Source: Thermoplasmata archaeon
GTDB lineage: Archaea > Thermoplasmatota > E2 > JACPAO01 > JAHFTW01
Assembly: GCA_034667725.1 (NCBI GenBank)
Contig: JAXDQS010000010.1
Span: forward strand, 160,001-224,000
Direction of reading: 5' to 3'
Length of the DNA stretch: 64,000 bases
How positions within the stretch are numbered: position 1 is the first letter of the stretch; the number at the start of each line of letters is the position of its first letter. Shown here piece by piece: positions 46,141-58,800 of the stretch. Position numbers and translations under genes: made by a program. Under the pieces are notes generated by a model that saw only the letters and a program-made list of their open reading frames with translations, did no database searches and had not been told where the DNA came from.

Positions 46141-46896
46141 ATGCCCAAGGAATCCCCCGTCGAGACCTTCGTCAAGGCGAACGTCAAGGGGTCCCTCGTG
46201 CTGGTCGCCTTCCCGTCCACGGGCTCCGCCGCCAGCATCGCCGCGCAGTACATGATCCGCCACCTCGACCTCCCGCTCGTGGGCCACATCCGCCTGCCTG
46301 AGCTGTCGGGCCTCGCGGGCATCCAGGACGGCCTCGTCACGACCGCGGTGCGCATCTACGGCGGCGAGGTCGAGTGCAAGGTCGGCCGCGACTGCCCCCG
46401 CGTCTTCATCGTCACCACCGAGATGCCGCTGCCGCCGCCGCTCTTGTCCCGCCTTGCCGAGGCCATCATCTACTGGACCTCCGCCAACGAGGCCCAGCTT
46501 CTCCTGGTGCTCGAGGGCGTGGGGCGCGAGGAGGGCGACGACCAGCCCGACGTCTTCAGCGCCTCCGCCGACGCCAAGGTCCTCAAGGTGCTCCAGCAGG
46601 CCGGCATCCCCGCGATGGAGCGCGCCCTCGTGGCCGGCATCTCGGCGCAGATCCTGCTGGACGCCCCCTTGCGCGGCGTCGAGGCGGGCGGCCTGTTCGT
46701 CGAGGCCAGCCGCGACCACCCGGACGGCCGCGCCGCGGCGGCGCTCCTGGAGGCCGTCGCGCGCCTGGTGCCCGACGTGCCCGTCAACGCCAAGCCGCTC
46801 ATGAAGGAAGCCATGGAGCTGGAGCGCGAGATCAAGGCGGCGCAGGCGCGGGCCGAGGCGGCCAACACCATCCCGCAGGCGCAGACGTTCATCTAA
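46141..46896 (+). CDS. PAC2 family proteasome assembly chaperone
   Basis: LVAFPSTG...IAAQYM...L...VG.I, RIY, GISAQILL, HPDGRAAA.LLE, L.KEA.ELE. Confidence 0.85.
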   Translation: MPKESPVETFVKANVKGSLVLVAFPSTGSAASIAAQYMIRHLDLPLVGHIRLPELSGLAGIQDGLVTTAVRIYGGEVECKVGRDCPRVFIVTTEMPLPPPLLSRLAEAIIYWTSANEAQLLLVLEGVGREEGDDQPDVFSASADAKVLKVLQQAGIPAMERALVAGISAQILLDAPLRGVEAGGLFVEASRDHPDGRAAAALLEAVARLVPDVPVNAKPLMKEAMELEREIKAAQARAEAANTIPQAQTFI

Positions 46897-46921
46897 AACG
46901 CCCCGCCGCGCGTCCTTCCCG

Positions 46922-46980
46922 ACTGGACACAGATTCCACAGAACAATCTTGGATGGTTCTCTGTGGAATCTGTGTCTAGT
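46922..46980. repeat. Palindromic dispersed element, copy 2
   Basis: ACTGGACACAGATTCCACAGA-N17-TCTGTGGAATCTGTGTCTAGT, a 21-bp stem with one G-T pair. The 16-bp arms are identical to those of 27905-27953. Confidence 0.85.
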
Positions 46981-46990
46981 GGGAGGGGAG

Positions 46991-47803
46991 CTAGCGCTGG
47001 CACTTCTTGCACCAGAACGTGCTGCGCCCCGACTGGGTCGTGCGCACCACGGCCGCGCCGCACCGCGGGCACGGCTTGCCCTCGCGGTCGTACACCGCCA
47101 GCTGCGCCACGAACTTGCCCGGCTGCCCGATGTGGTCCACGTAGTCGTTGAAGCTGGTGCCGCCCTTCGCGATCGAGTCCCGCAGCGTGTCGCGGAGGTG
47201 CCGCCAAAGCTCGGGCACCTTGGCGGCGGGGACCGTGCGGGCCTTGCGCACGGGCGACAGCTTGGCACGCCACAGCGCCTCGCAGGCGTAGATGTTGCCG
47301 ACCCCGGCGACCTTGCGCTGGTCGAGGAGGAACAGCTTGAGCGGGCTGCCCGAGCCCTTGAGCGCGGCGGCGAGGTGGGCCTTCGAGAAGGCGGGCGCCA
47401 GCGCGTCGGGGCCATAATGCGCAAGCTCCGGGACCACGGCGTCCTTGGGGTAGAGCTTGAGGGTGCCGAAGCGGCGGGGGTCGGAGAACCGCAGCTCGGT
47501 GTCGTCGTCGAGGTGCAGCACGAGATGGGTGTGCGGCCGCTCCGCCTCGCCTGGCTCCGCGAACAGCAGCTTGCCCGTCATCCCGAGGTGCGCCAGCAGC
47601 AAGGCGCCGTCCAGGTCCACCAGGAGGTACTTGCCATGCCGCCGCACCGCCGTCACGGTCTGGCCTTCGAGCCCTTCGAGCGGAAGGCCGCCCGTGCCCC
47701 GCAGGCGCTTGGCGGGGCGGAAGTCCACGCCGTCGACGCGGCGGCCCACGAGGCGCGACGCCAGGCCGCGGCGGACCGTCTCGACCTCGGGCAGCTCAGG
47801 CAC
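46991..47803 (-). CDS. mutM: Formamidopyrimidine-DNA glycosylase / AP lyase (Fpg)
   Basis: (M)PELPEVETV, RRHGKYL, HLGMTG, DPRRFG, LLDQ..VAGVGNIYACE, C-terminal CPRC...CKKCQ zinc finger. Confidence 0.95.
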   Translation of the reverse strand: MPELPEVETVRRGLASRLVGRRVDGVDFRPAKRLRGTGGLPLEGLEGQTVTAVRRHGKYLLVDLDGALLLAHLGMTGKLLFAEPGEAERPHTHLVLHLDDDTELRFSDPRRFGTLKLYPKDAVVPELAHYGPDALAPAFSKAHLAAALKGSGSPLKLFLLDQRKVAGVGNIYACEALWRAKLSPVRKARTVPAAKVPELWRHLRDTLRDSIAKGGTSFNDYVDHIGQPGKFVAQLAVYDREGKPCPRCGAAVVRTTQSGRSTFWCKKCQR

Positions 47804-47888
47804 GCGGCAGGGCGCGGCGCAGGGGGTTGAAAGCGTTGCGGCCGGCGGGCGGCCAAGCCTTAACGGCGCGGCCCGAGTCGGCCCTTCG

Positions 47889-50800
47889 ATGGGAGCCGAG
47901 GCGCAGCAGCAGGTCGTGGCTGCGCCCACCGCCCCGACGGGCCCGGCGCGCAGCCCCGCGATGCAGGCGTACTTCGAGACGCTGCACGGCGAGGCGATGC
48001 GGTGCTACGCCATCGCGAAGCAGGCGCGCCGCAAGGGCAAGGACCCGACGACGGAGGTCGAGATCCCGCCCGCCGAGGACCTGGCCGCCCGCGTCGAGGC
48101 GCAGGTCGGCCCGCCCGGCGTTGCCCAGCAGGTGCGCGACGCGACGGCGCGGCTCGGCAACCGCGAGGTGGTGTCGCTGTTCGTGGCGCAGGACGTCGCG
48201 GAGCAGATGTCGCAGCGCGGCGCCAGCAAGGTGCAGGCGCTCGACCAGGCGGTGCGCACGGGCCTGTCGATCCTGACCGAGGGCGTGCTGGTGGCGCCGC
48301 TCGAAGGCATCGCCGACGTCAAGATTGGCGCCAACACGGACGGCACCGACTACGTGGACCTCTACTTCGCCGGCCCGATCCGCGCGGCCGGCGGCACGGC
48401 GCAGGCGATGTCGGTGCTGATCGCGGACCTGGTGCGGCGGCGGCTGGGCATTGGCACCTACAAGGCGACCGACGACGAGGTCGAGCGCTACAAGGAGGAG
48501 ATCGCGGCGTACAAGGTCGAGGCGCACCTGCAGTACAACCCGACGCCTGCCGAAATCGAGCTGATCGCGCGCTCCTGCCCCGTCTGCATCAACGGCGAAG
48601 GTACGGAGCGCTCCGAGGTGTCCGGCAACCGCGACCTGCCCCGCGTCGAGACCAACCAGCTGCGCGGCGGCGCCTGCCTCGTGATGGCGGAGGGCATGAT
48701 CCTCAAGGCGCCCAAGATCCTCAAGCACGTCGAGAAGCTCAAGGTCGAGAACTGGGACTTCCTCCAGAAGCTCATCAAGAAGGAGAAGGCCGCCGAGCTC
48801 GCCGCCGACGGCATCCCGGAGATTCCCGCCAACGCGAAGTTCATGCTGGAGATCCTCGCCGGCCGCCCCGTGTTCGCGCAGCCGGGGCGCGTCGGCGGCT
48901 TCCGGCTCCGCTACGGCCGCGCCCGCACCGCCGGCCTCGCCTCCAACGCCTTCCACCCGGCCACGATGGCGGTGCTGGACGACTTCCTCGCCGTCGGCAC
49001 GCAGCTCAAGGTCGAGCGGCCCGGCAAGGGCACGGTCGCGACCCCGTGCGACACCATCGAAGGCCCCACCGTCCTGCTGCAGAACGGCAACCTGCTGCGG
49101 CTGTCGACGATGGCGCAGGTCAAGGAGGTCCGCGCCGCCATCAAGGAGATCGTGGACGTCGGCGAGATCCTGATCCCGTTCGGCGAGTTCGCGGAGAACA
49201 ACGCCGTGCTCCCCCCAAGCTCCTGGTGCTGGGAATGGTGGGTCCAGGTCCACCAGAACATGACCGGCATGGCGGCCGACGTCCACCCCGCCGGCACCCT
49301 CACCGGCGCGCAGATGGTCCGCCTCGCCGAGGACACCCAGGTCCCGCTCCACCCCGACGGCACCCTCCTCTGGCACGACGCCACCGCCGTCCAGATGCGC
49401 GAGCTGGGCGACTGGCTGCTGCGCCACGCCTTCTGGGGCACCCCGCCCGACGACGCCGCCGGCACCCTTGCCAACCCCGCCGCCTCCGAGGCCGAGGCGC
49501 TGTGGATCGAGAACCAGCCCGAGGCCAAGGCCACCCTCGTCACCCTGCTCGCGCTGCACACCGCCCACGGCCGCTGGCTGCGCGTCGAGGAGCGCCTCGC
49601 CCACCCGCTCGTGCGCGGCGTCGGCCTCGACCTTGCCGACGGAAAGGTCCGCGACACGCCGCGCCGCAAGCTGCTGCACGACCCGTGCCAGCCCGACCTC
49701 ACGGGCCGCTTCCCCACGGTCGAGCTGGCCAGCCGCCTCAGCGGCTACACCGTCATGCCGCGGGCGCCCTTCCGGGTCGGCGGCCGCATGGGCCGCCCCG
49801 AGAAGGCCGACGCGCGCCGGATGAGCCCGCCACCGCACGGCCTGTTTCCCATCGGCCAGGCCGGCGGCGCCCAGCGGCTGCTGCGCGACGCCGCCGACCA
49901 AGGCGTGGTGGAGGTCGAGCTGGGCAGCCGCAAGTGCGCCTCGTGCGGCCGCAGCGAGTGGCGGACGTTCTGCGGCGGCTGCGGCGGCCACACCACGTTC
50001 CACGAGCGCAAGCAGAAGGAAGGATCCTTCACCCAGCGCGAGATGACCTCGCTCGACCTGCGCGCCGAGCTGGAGCGGGCACGGCAGTCGCTGGGCCTGG
50101 ACCGCCTGCCCGAGAAGGTCAAGGCCGTGCTCGGCGTCGTCAACGCGGAGAAGGTCCCCGAGCCGCTGGAGAAGGCGCTCTTGCGGGCCAAGCACGACGT
50201 GTTCGTGTTCAAGGACGGCACCACCCGCTTCGACATGACCGACGTGCCGCTCACGCATTTCCGGCCGCGCGAGGTCGGAACGCCGGTGGCCCGGCTGCTG
50301 GAGATGGGCTACACCCACGACCTGCACGGGGCGCCGCTGGAACGGGACGACCAACTGTTGGAGCTGCGGGTGCAGGACATCGTGGTGTCCGAGTCGTGCG
50401 GCGACTACCTCTTGGCGACGGCCAGGTTCATGGACGAGCTCTTGACGCGGTTCTACGGCCTCAAGCCGTACTACAACGCCAGCCACCGCCGCGACATGGT
50501 CGGCCACCTCACCATCGCGCTGGCGCCGCACACCTCCGGCGGCGTGCTGTCCCGCATCATCGGCTACACCCGCTCGCAATGCCACTTCGGGCACCCGTAC
50601 TTCCACGCGGCCAAGCGGCGAAACTGCGACGGCGACGAGGACGGCGTCATGCTCCTGCTGGACGGCCTCGTCAACTTCAGCCGCAAGTACGTCCCCGACA
50701 AGCGCGGCGGCCTCATGGATCTCCCCCTCGTCCTGTCGACCCGGCTGGACCCGAACGAGGTGGACAAGGAGGCGCACAACGTGGACACCCTGTTCCGCTA

Positions 50801-51380
50801 TCCCCTGGAGTTCTACCAGGCCACCCAGCGCCACGCCGCCGCCAAAGAGGTCGCCAGGAAGATGGGCCTCGTCGAAACGCGCATCGGCAAGCCCGAGCAG
50901 TACGAGCACTGGGGCTTCACCCACGACACCCGCGACATCTCCGAAGGGCCCGCCGCGTCCGCCTACAAGACCTTGGGCTCGATGATGGACAAGATGACGG
51001 CCCAGATGGAGCTCGCCCGCAAGATCCGCGCCGTCGACGAGGCCGAGGTCGGCGCCCGCGTCATCGGCACCCACCTCCTGCCCGACCTGATGGGGAACCT
51101 CAAGGCGTTCAGCCGCCAGAAAATCCGCTGCCCCAAGTGCAACGAGAAGTACCGCCGGATGCCCCTCAAGGGCACCTGCCTCGGCTGCGGCAACGCCAAC
51201 CTGACGCTCACCGTCCACGAAGGGTCGGTGCGCAAGTACCTGCAGATCTCGAAGGAGGTCGCGGTGCGCTACAAGATCGACGCCTACACCCACCAGCGCA
51301 TCCTCCTGCTGGAGCAAAGCGTGGAGTCGCTGTTCCAGAATGACAAGGTCAAGAAGGCCAAGTTGAGCGACTTTTTCTGA
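47889..51380 (+). CDS. polC: DNA polymerase II (PolD) large subunit DP2, no intein
   Basis: LTEGVLVAPLEGI, YFAGPIRAAGGTAQA, GGFRLRYGRART, KDGTTRFD.TD.PLTHF, LAPHTS, HAAKRRNCDGDED, C-terminal zinc finger, PIP-like KLSDFF. Confidence 0.97.
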   Translation: MGAEAQQQVVAAPTAPTGPARSPAMQAYFETLHGEAMRCYAIAKQARRKGKDPTTEVEIPPAEDLAARVEAQVGPPGVAQQVRDATARLGNREVVSLFVAQDVAEQMSQRGASKVQALDQAVRTGLSILTEGVLVAPLEGIADVKIGANTDGTDYVDLYFAGPIRAAGGTAQAMSVLIADLVRRRLGIGTYKATDDEVERYKEEIAAYKVEAHLQYNPTPAEIELIARSCPVCINGEGTERSEVSGNRDLPRVETNQLRGGACLVMAEGMILKAPKILKHVEKLKVENWDFLQKLIKKEKAAELAADGIPEIPANAKFMLEILAGRPVFAQPGRVGGFRLRYGRARTAGLASNAFHPATMAVLDDFLAVGTQLKVERPGKGTVATPCDTIEGPTVLLQNGNLLRLSTMAQVKEVRAAIKEIVDVGEILIPFGEFAENNAVLPPSSWCWEWWVQVHQNMTGMAADVHPAGTLTGAQMVRLAEDTQVPLHPDGTLLWHDATAVQMRELGDWLLRHAFWGTPPDDAAGTLANPAASEAEALWIENQPEAKATLVTLLALHTAHGRWLRVEERLAHPLVRGVGLDLADGKVRDTPRRKLLHDPCQPDLTGRFPTVELASRLSGYTVMPRAPFRVGGRMGRPEKADARRMSPPPHGLFPIGQAGGAQRLLRDAADQGVVEVELGSRKCASCGRSEWRTFCGGCGGHTTFHERKQKEGSFTQREMTSLDLRAELERARQSLGLDRLPEKVKAVLGVVNAEKVPEPLEKALLRAKHDVFVFKDGTTRFDMTDVPLTHFRPREVGTPVARLLEMGYTHDLHGAPLERDDQLLELRVQDIVVSESCGDYLLATARFMDELLTRFYGLKPYYNASHRRDMVGHLTIALAPHTSGGVLSRIIGYTRSQCHFGHPYFHAAKRRNCDGDEDGVMLLLDGLVNFSRKYVPDKRGGLMDLPLVLSTRLDPNEVDKEAHNVDTLFRYPLEFYQATQRHAAAKEVARKMGLVETRIGKPEQYEHWGFTHDTRDISEGPAASAYKTLGSMMDKMTAQMELARKIRAVDEAEVGARVIGTHLLPDLMGNLKAFSRQKIRCPKCNEKYRRMPLKGTCLGCGNANLTLTVHEGSVRKYLQISKEVAVRYKIDAYTHQRILLLEQSVESLFQNDKVKKAKLSDFF

Positions 51381-51496
51381 AAGCATCGTTGGTTGGTGGC
51401 TGGCGCGCGACAGCGCAGCCAGCCGCCTGGGGTTCCAAGGGGCGAAGCCCCTGGAAGGGCAAGGTCAAGAAGGCAAAGTTGAGCGACTTCTTCTGA
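51344..51496 (+). repeat. Direct duplication of the polC 3' end (37 bp, 2 mismatches) flanking a 79-bp two-hairpin insert
   Basis: 51344-51380 vs 51460-51496 differ only at GCC/GCA and TTT/TTC (both synonymous); both include the TGA stop. Confidence 0.9.
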
Positions 51497-51544
51497 GATG
51501 CGCCCAAGAGAACCGCTATAAAGCCGAAGGGGGCTCGACGGCGC

Positions 51545-54016
<2,472 letters not shown>

Positions 54017-54088
54017 GCGTCGCCCACTCGCCCACCCCCACCTTCAAATACACCTCGTTTGTCGGCCCGTTTGTCCTAGGTGACTGTC

Positions 54089-54235
54089 ATGGCCTTCGCC
54101 GAAGCTGTCGCTCGCCGCTTGAAGAAGAAGATCTGCATGCACTGCAACGTGACGAACTCCTTCGACGCGACGCGCTGCCGCAAGTGCCACCGCCAAGAGC
54201 TGCGCATCAAGGCCCTTGAGCCCCGCGGCGCCTAG
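54089..54235 (+). CDS. rpl40e: 50S ribosomal protein L40e
   Basis: Below the track cutoff. Manual translation MAFAEAVARRLKKKICMHCNVTNSFDATRCRKCHRQELRIKALEPRGA; AGGTGA upstream. Confidence 0.92.
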   Translation: MAFAEAVARRLKKKICMHCNVTNSFDATRCRKCHRQELRIKALEPRGA

Positions 54236-54237
54236 TT

Positions 54238-55797
54238 TTGCGGTTCTCCACGCTGGGCCTCCAGGAGGCCACGGTCCTTGCCCTCGAGGCCATGGGGTTC
54301 GAGGAGGCCACGCCGATCCAGGAGCAGGCCATCCCGCCGCTCTTGCTCGGCCGCGACATCATGGCGCAGGCGCAGACGGGCACCGGCAAGACGGCGGCCT
54401 TCGGCATCCCGCTCGTCGAGGCGGCCCGCAACGGGCGGCGCGGCCTGGTGCTCACCCCGACGCGTGAACTGGCGAAGCAGGTCCAGCGCGAGCTGCAGGC
54501 CATCGCGCACGGCGCCCCCGTGGACGTCGTCTGCCTGATCGGCGGCGCGCCGTTCGGCGACCAGGTGCGCGCGCTTCAGCGCCACCCCGGCGCCATCCTG
54601 GTGGCGACCCCCGGCCGCGTCGTGGACCACTTGCAGCGCCAGACCCTGGACCTCTCCAAGATGGCGATCCTGACGCTGGACGAGGCCGACGAGATGCTGT
54701 CGATGGGCTTCGCGGAGGAATTGGCCGCCATCGTCGCGACCATGCCGAGCGAGCGCCAGACGATGCTGTTCACCGCGACCTTGACGCCGCCCATCGAGCG
54801 GCTGGCGCGCGAGACGCTCCGGGACCCCCTCCTGGTGCGCATCGCGGCCGGCAAGGGCGGCGCCGCGTCCCAGGTCGACCAGCGCTTCGCCCTGGTGGCA
54901 GGCCGCGACCGGCCGCACGCGGTGCGCCGCATCCTCGAGGCCGAGGAGCCCGAGGCAGCACTCCTGTTCGCCCGCACCCGCGAGCGCGTCGAGGAGCTGG
55001 CCGAGGCGCTGCGGGACCTGGGCGCGGAGGCGCTGCATGGCGGCTTGGCCCAGCCGGCCCGCGACGCCGTCATGGAGCGGTTCCGCAAGGGCCGCACCAA
55101 GCTGCTGGTCGCCACCGACGTCGCTGCCCGCGGGCTGGACGTCGAGGGCATCCAGCTCGTGCTGCACGACGAGGCCGCCCCCGACACGGACACTTACATC
55201 CACCGCATCGGCCGCACCGGGCGCGCCGGCCGCAGCGGCCGCAGCATCGTCCTGCTGGCCCCCGGCCGGATGCACCACCTCAACGCCATCCAGCGCGTCG
55301 CCGGCCGCCTCGAGCGCTACGACGTGCCCGACGCCGCCGCCATCGCCAAGCTGCGCACCGGCCGCCTGGTGCTCGGCCTCCAGGCCGCCGCCCCGGGCGC
55401 CGCCGCCCAGGCCGCCATCGCCCGCGCCCGCGCCGACGGCATGGCCGACGACGCCATCGCGCTGGCCGCGCTGGAGCTGCTGTTGGCGCGCGACGAGCCG
55501 GCCGCCGCCGACGCCGCCCCCGCGCCGCCGTCCCGGATGGCCATCTGCCTCAAGGTCGGCGCCGTCGACCAGGTCGGCCCCGGCGCCATCGTCGGCACCC
55601 TGACCCACATCGGCGGGCTCCGGGGCGAGGACATCGGCCGCATCGACATCCTGCCCCAGATCTCGTTCGTCGAGGTGCCGTCCGCCGAGGTGCCGCGCCT
55701 GTGCGACGCGCTGGCCAACGCGACCCTCGGAGGCCGCCGGCTGTGGCCGCGGCCGGCCGAGGACTGGAAGTTCCGGATGCCGCAGCGGTCGCGCTGA
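54238..55797 (+). CDS. Second DEAD-box RNA helicase with DbpA-like C-terminal domain
   Basis: AQTGTGKT, PTRELA, TPGR, DEAD, TAT, ARGLD, HRIGRTGRAG; C-terminal PGAIVG...G.DIGRIDI....SFVEV. Confidence 0.93.
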   Translation: MRFSTLGLQEATVLALEAMGFEEATPIQEQAIPPLLLGRDIMAQAQTGTGKTAAFGIPLVEAARNGRRGLVLTPTRELAKQVQRELQAIAHGAPVDVVCLIGGAPFGDQVRALQRHPGAILVATPGRVVDHLQRQTLDLSKMAILTLDEADEMLSMGFAEELAAIVATMPSERQTMLFTATLTPPIERLARETLRDPLLVRIAAGKGGAASQVDQRFALVAGRDRPHAVRRILEAEEPEAALLFARTRERVEELAEALRDLGAEALHGGLAQPARDAVMERFRKGRTKLLVATDVAARGLDVEGIQLVLHDEAAPDTDTYIHRIGRTGRAGRSGRSIVLLAPGRMHHLNAIQRVAGRLERYDVPDAAAIAKLRTGRLVLGLQAAAPGAAAQAAIARARADGMADDAIALAALELLLARDEPAAADAAPAPPSRMAICLKVGAVDQVGPGAIVGTLTHIGGLRGEDIGRIDILPQISFVEVPSAEVPRLCDALANATLGGRRLWPRPAEDWKFRMPQRSR

Positions 55798-55864
55798 GGC
55801 TTGCCGCGGCAACAAAAAAGCGTGCTACGCCGGTTATCCTTCGTGCCCTGTCTCAAGGGTCCGG

Positions 55865-58800
55865 ATGACCCCCATCCATCCCCCAAGAACCCTACGTCCC
55901 GCCCTCCGCGCCGGCCTCGCCGTCGCCGCGGTGGCCTTCGGCGTCCTTGCCCTCCTTGCCCTCGCGACCCCCAGCGACGCCGCCATGATCGACAACGGCG
56001 TCGTCAAGCTCGGCATCAACCCCAGCGCCGCCCTCAACGTTCCCGGCGGCTCGCCCACCCCGGTCTCCGGCACCAGCATCGTCGGCATCCGGCAGATGAG
56101 CAACAACTACGACGGCGTCTCCCCCGGCTGCACCTGTGAAGGCTGGGGCATCGCCTACGACGGCAGCGTGACCGGCTACGCCAACACCGCCGTCGGCAGC
56201 TACGGCTACACCGTCCTGGCCAGCTCCGGCACGGCGTCCACGTACTCGACCAAGGTCAAGGTCGGCGACCTCGAGGTCACCCATGACTTCACGCCCTCGA
56301 CCGCCACGCCCTACCTGTACCAGATCGACGTGACCATCAAGAACACCGGCGCGCCGCACAGCGACCTGCTGTACCGCCGCGTCATGGACTGGGACATCGA
56401 GGCCTCGTTCTTCAACGAGTTCGTCACCTTGGCCTCCGTCTCTCCCGTCCCGTCGTGGGTGAAGTTCTCGAGCAACAATGGCTTCGCCTCGGCCGACCCC
56501 TTGGTCGGCCCGTCGTCCATCGGCTCCTACGGCCCGCCCACGGGCAACGTCATCGACGCCGGCCCCAAGGACCACGGCGCCCTGTTCGACTTCCAGCTCG
56601 GCCCCATCGGCGCCGGCTCGACCACCACGCTCCGCCTGTACTACGGCGTCGCCCCGACCGAGTCGGACGCCAACACCGCCCGCGCCGCGGTCGGCGCCCA
56701 AGTCTGGAGCTACGGCCAGACCAGCACCGCCCCCACGCTGGGCACGCCCAACACCTTCATCTTCGCGGCCGGCCCGCCGACACCCCCCAAGCCGCCGGTC
56801 TGCGACTCCACCAGCACGGCCAGCGCGCCCGGCACCCTCACGGCCGCCGGCGCCGCCGGCCCCAAGGTGGACCTCTCCTGGGGCGCCGCGTTCAGCGCCT
56901 GCCCCCTGACGTACGAGGTGCACCGCTCGACCACGAGCGCCAGCGGGCCGTTCTCGCTGCTGGCCACCACCGCCGCGACGGCCCACACGGACACGACGGT
57001 CGCCAACTGCGCCACCTACTGGTACCGCGTCCGGGCCCTCGCCCCCGCCGGCGCCGGCCCGTGGAGCAACGTGGCCGCCGCCATCACGCCCAGCGTTGCC
57101 CCGAGCGCGCCGACCGGCCTCGCCGGCACCCCCTCCGGCACCTCGGTCAACCTCGCCTGGACGCCCCCCGCCTCGCCGTGCGCCTTCCAGCAGCGCGTCG
57201 AGGTCCAGTCGGGCGCCACCTGGGCGACCGTGCCGCCGGCGCCGCTGGCCGCCACGGTGTCCACCCACGTCCACAGCCCCGTCGCGGCCTGCACGACCTA
57301 CACCTACCGCGTCGTCGCCTTCAACGCGGCCGGCAGCGCCACGAGCGCCCCGGCCTCGGTGACCACGGGCGCGGTGGCGCCGTCGGCCCCCACGGGCCTG
57401 TCGGCCGCGCCCACCCCGGCCACGCCGACCAGCTCCATCGACCTGGCGTGGACGCCGCCCCCGGCATCGACCTGCCCCTTCCAGCAGCGCGTCGAGATTC
57501 CCTTGGGCGCCGGCTGGACGACGCTGCACAGCGGCCTGCCCGCGAGCGCCGCCTCGGACGTCGACGCGCCGCTGCCGCCCTGCCAGGCGCGCAGCTACCG
57601 CGTGGTCGCCTACAACTCGGCCGGCGACTCGCCGCCCAGCAACGTGGCCGGCACCATGACGGCCGCCGTGGCGCCTGCCGCCCCGACCCTCACGGCCGCG
57701 ACCCACTTCCCCCCGGCCACCGTGTCGCCGCTCGGCAACACGGGCCCCCTCAACCATGAGAAGTGGATGCCCGGCAGCGGCTCGCCGTGCCCCGACCTCG
57801 CGTACGACCTCGAGCGGACCATCGTCTCGACCGGCGCCACCACCATCCTCCCCCAGGGGTTGGTGCTGGCCGCCGACGACCTGCCGGTCCAGCCCTGCGA
57901 GACCTACGTGTACCGCGTCCGCGCCGTCACCTACGGCGGCGTGACCGGCCCCTGGAGCAACGCCCTGTCGGTCGCGACCTGGATCGCGCCGCCGGGCCCG
58001 GTCACGAACGCCGTCGCCTACAGCAAGAGCATGGCGACCGGCCGCGTCGAGCACGGGCTCACCGGCATCGTGGACTGGGACGTGCCCACCGCGAACAACT
58101 GCCCCGTCGTGGACTACAAGATCTACAAGACGGACAACACGTTCGCGCCGCTCGGCATCGACCTCTACAACGACCCGCACGCGGTGGTCCCCCACCCGAC
58201 GACGGTGCTGGAGGACACGCCCAACGTGGTGTGCGTCCGCTACACCTACGACATCCAGGCCGACAACACCGCCCTCGGCGGCGGCCTTGGCCCGGCCGTC
58301 CAGGTGAGCTACGTCCACATGATCTACGTCGATGCCGACACCTACGCCGGCGACGCAGAGGCCATCACGGGCCTGCCCATCGCGGCCACCCGCGGCACCG
58401 CCTCGGGCGCGACCGGCCTGCCCCTCTCGGACGTGCCCATGGTGGCGCTGCCCGTCTGCGGCCTGCCGTGCATGCCCTTGGACATCGAGCTGTGGGACAC
58501 CGACGAAGGCCTCGCGTACCACGTCGACCTGGACGACTTCCCGTTCTACGAGAAGCGCGACCCGGCCGGCTACCCCGCGGGCATCGGCTACGACCTCCTG
58601 CTGGAGTCGCAGTGCGTCCCGGACCCGCCGTGCATGAGCCAGCGCGGCGACTACCTCTACGACAACCCGTTCACCGGCACCAGCCTGTGGCTTGAGCTGG
58701 CCGGCGCGCCCAAGGTGCACTTCCACCAAGGCGTCCCCGACCCGAACGGGGCCGTGACCCTGCCCACGGAGCCCGTGGGCACCGGCAAGGCCGTCGTCGT

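Noticed and set aside
27905-46980. Palindromic repeats as a CRISPR array
   Set aside because: Only two copies 19 kb apart, with no repeat-spacer periodicity and no cas genes.
47889-51380. Intein in DP2 or Cdc6
   Set aside because: The usual insertion motifs (HAAKRRNCDGDED; GKTGTGKT) are uninterrupted and lengths are normal.
27671-51496. Gene-end duplications as DGR template/variable repeats
   Set aside because: Differences are few, synonymous and not adenine-specific; no reverse transcriptase is present in the window.
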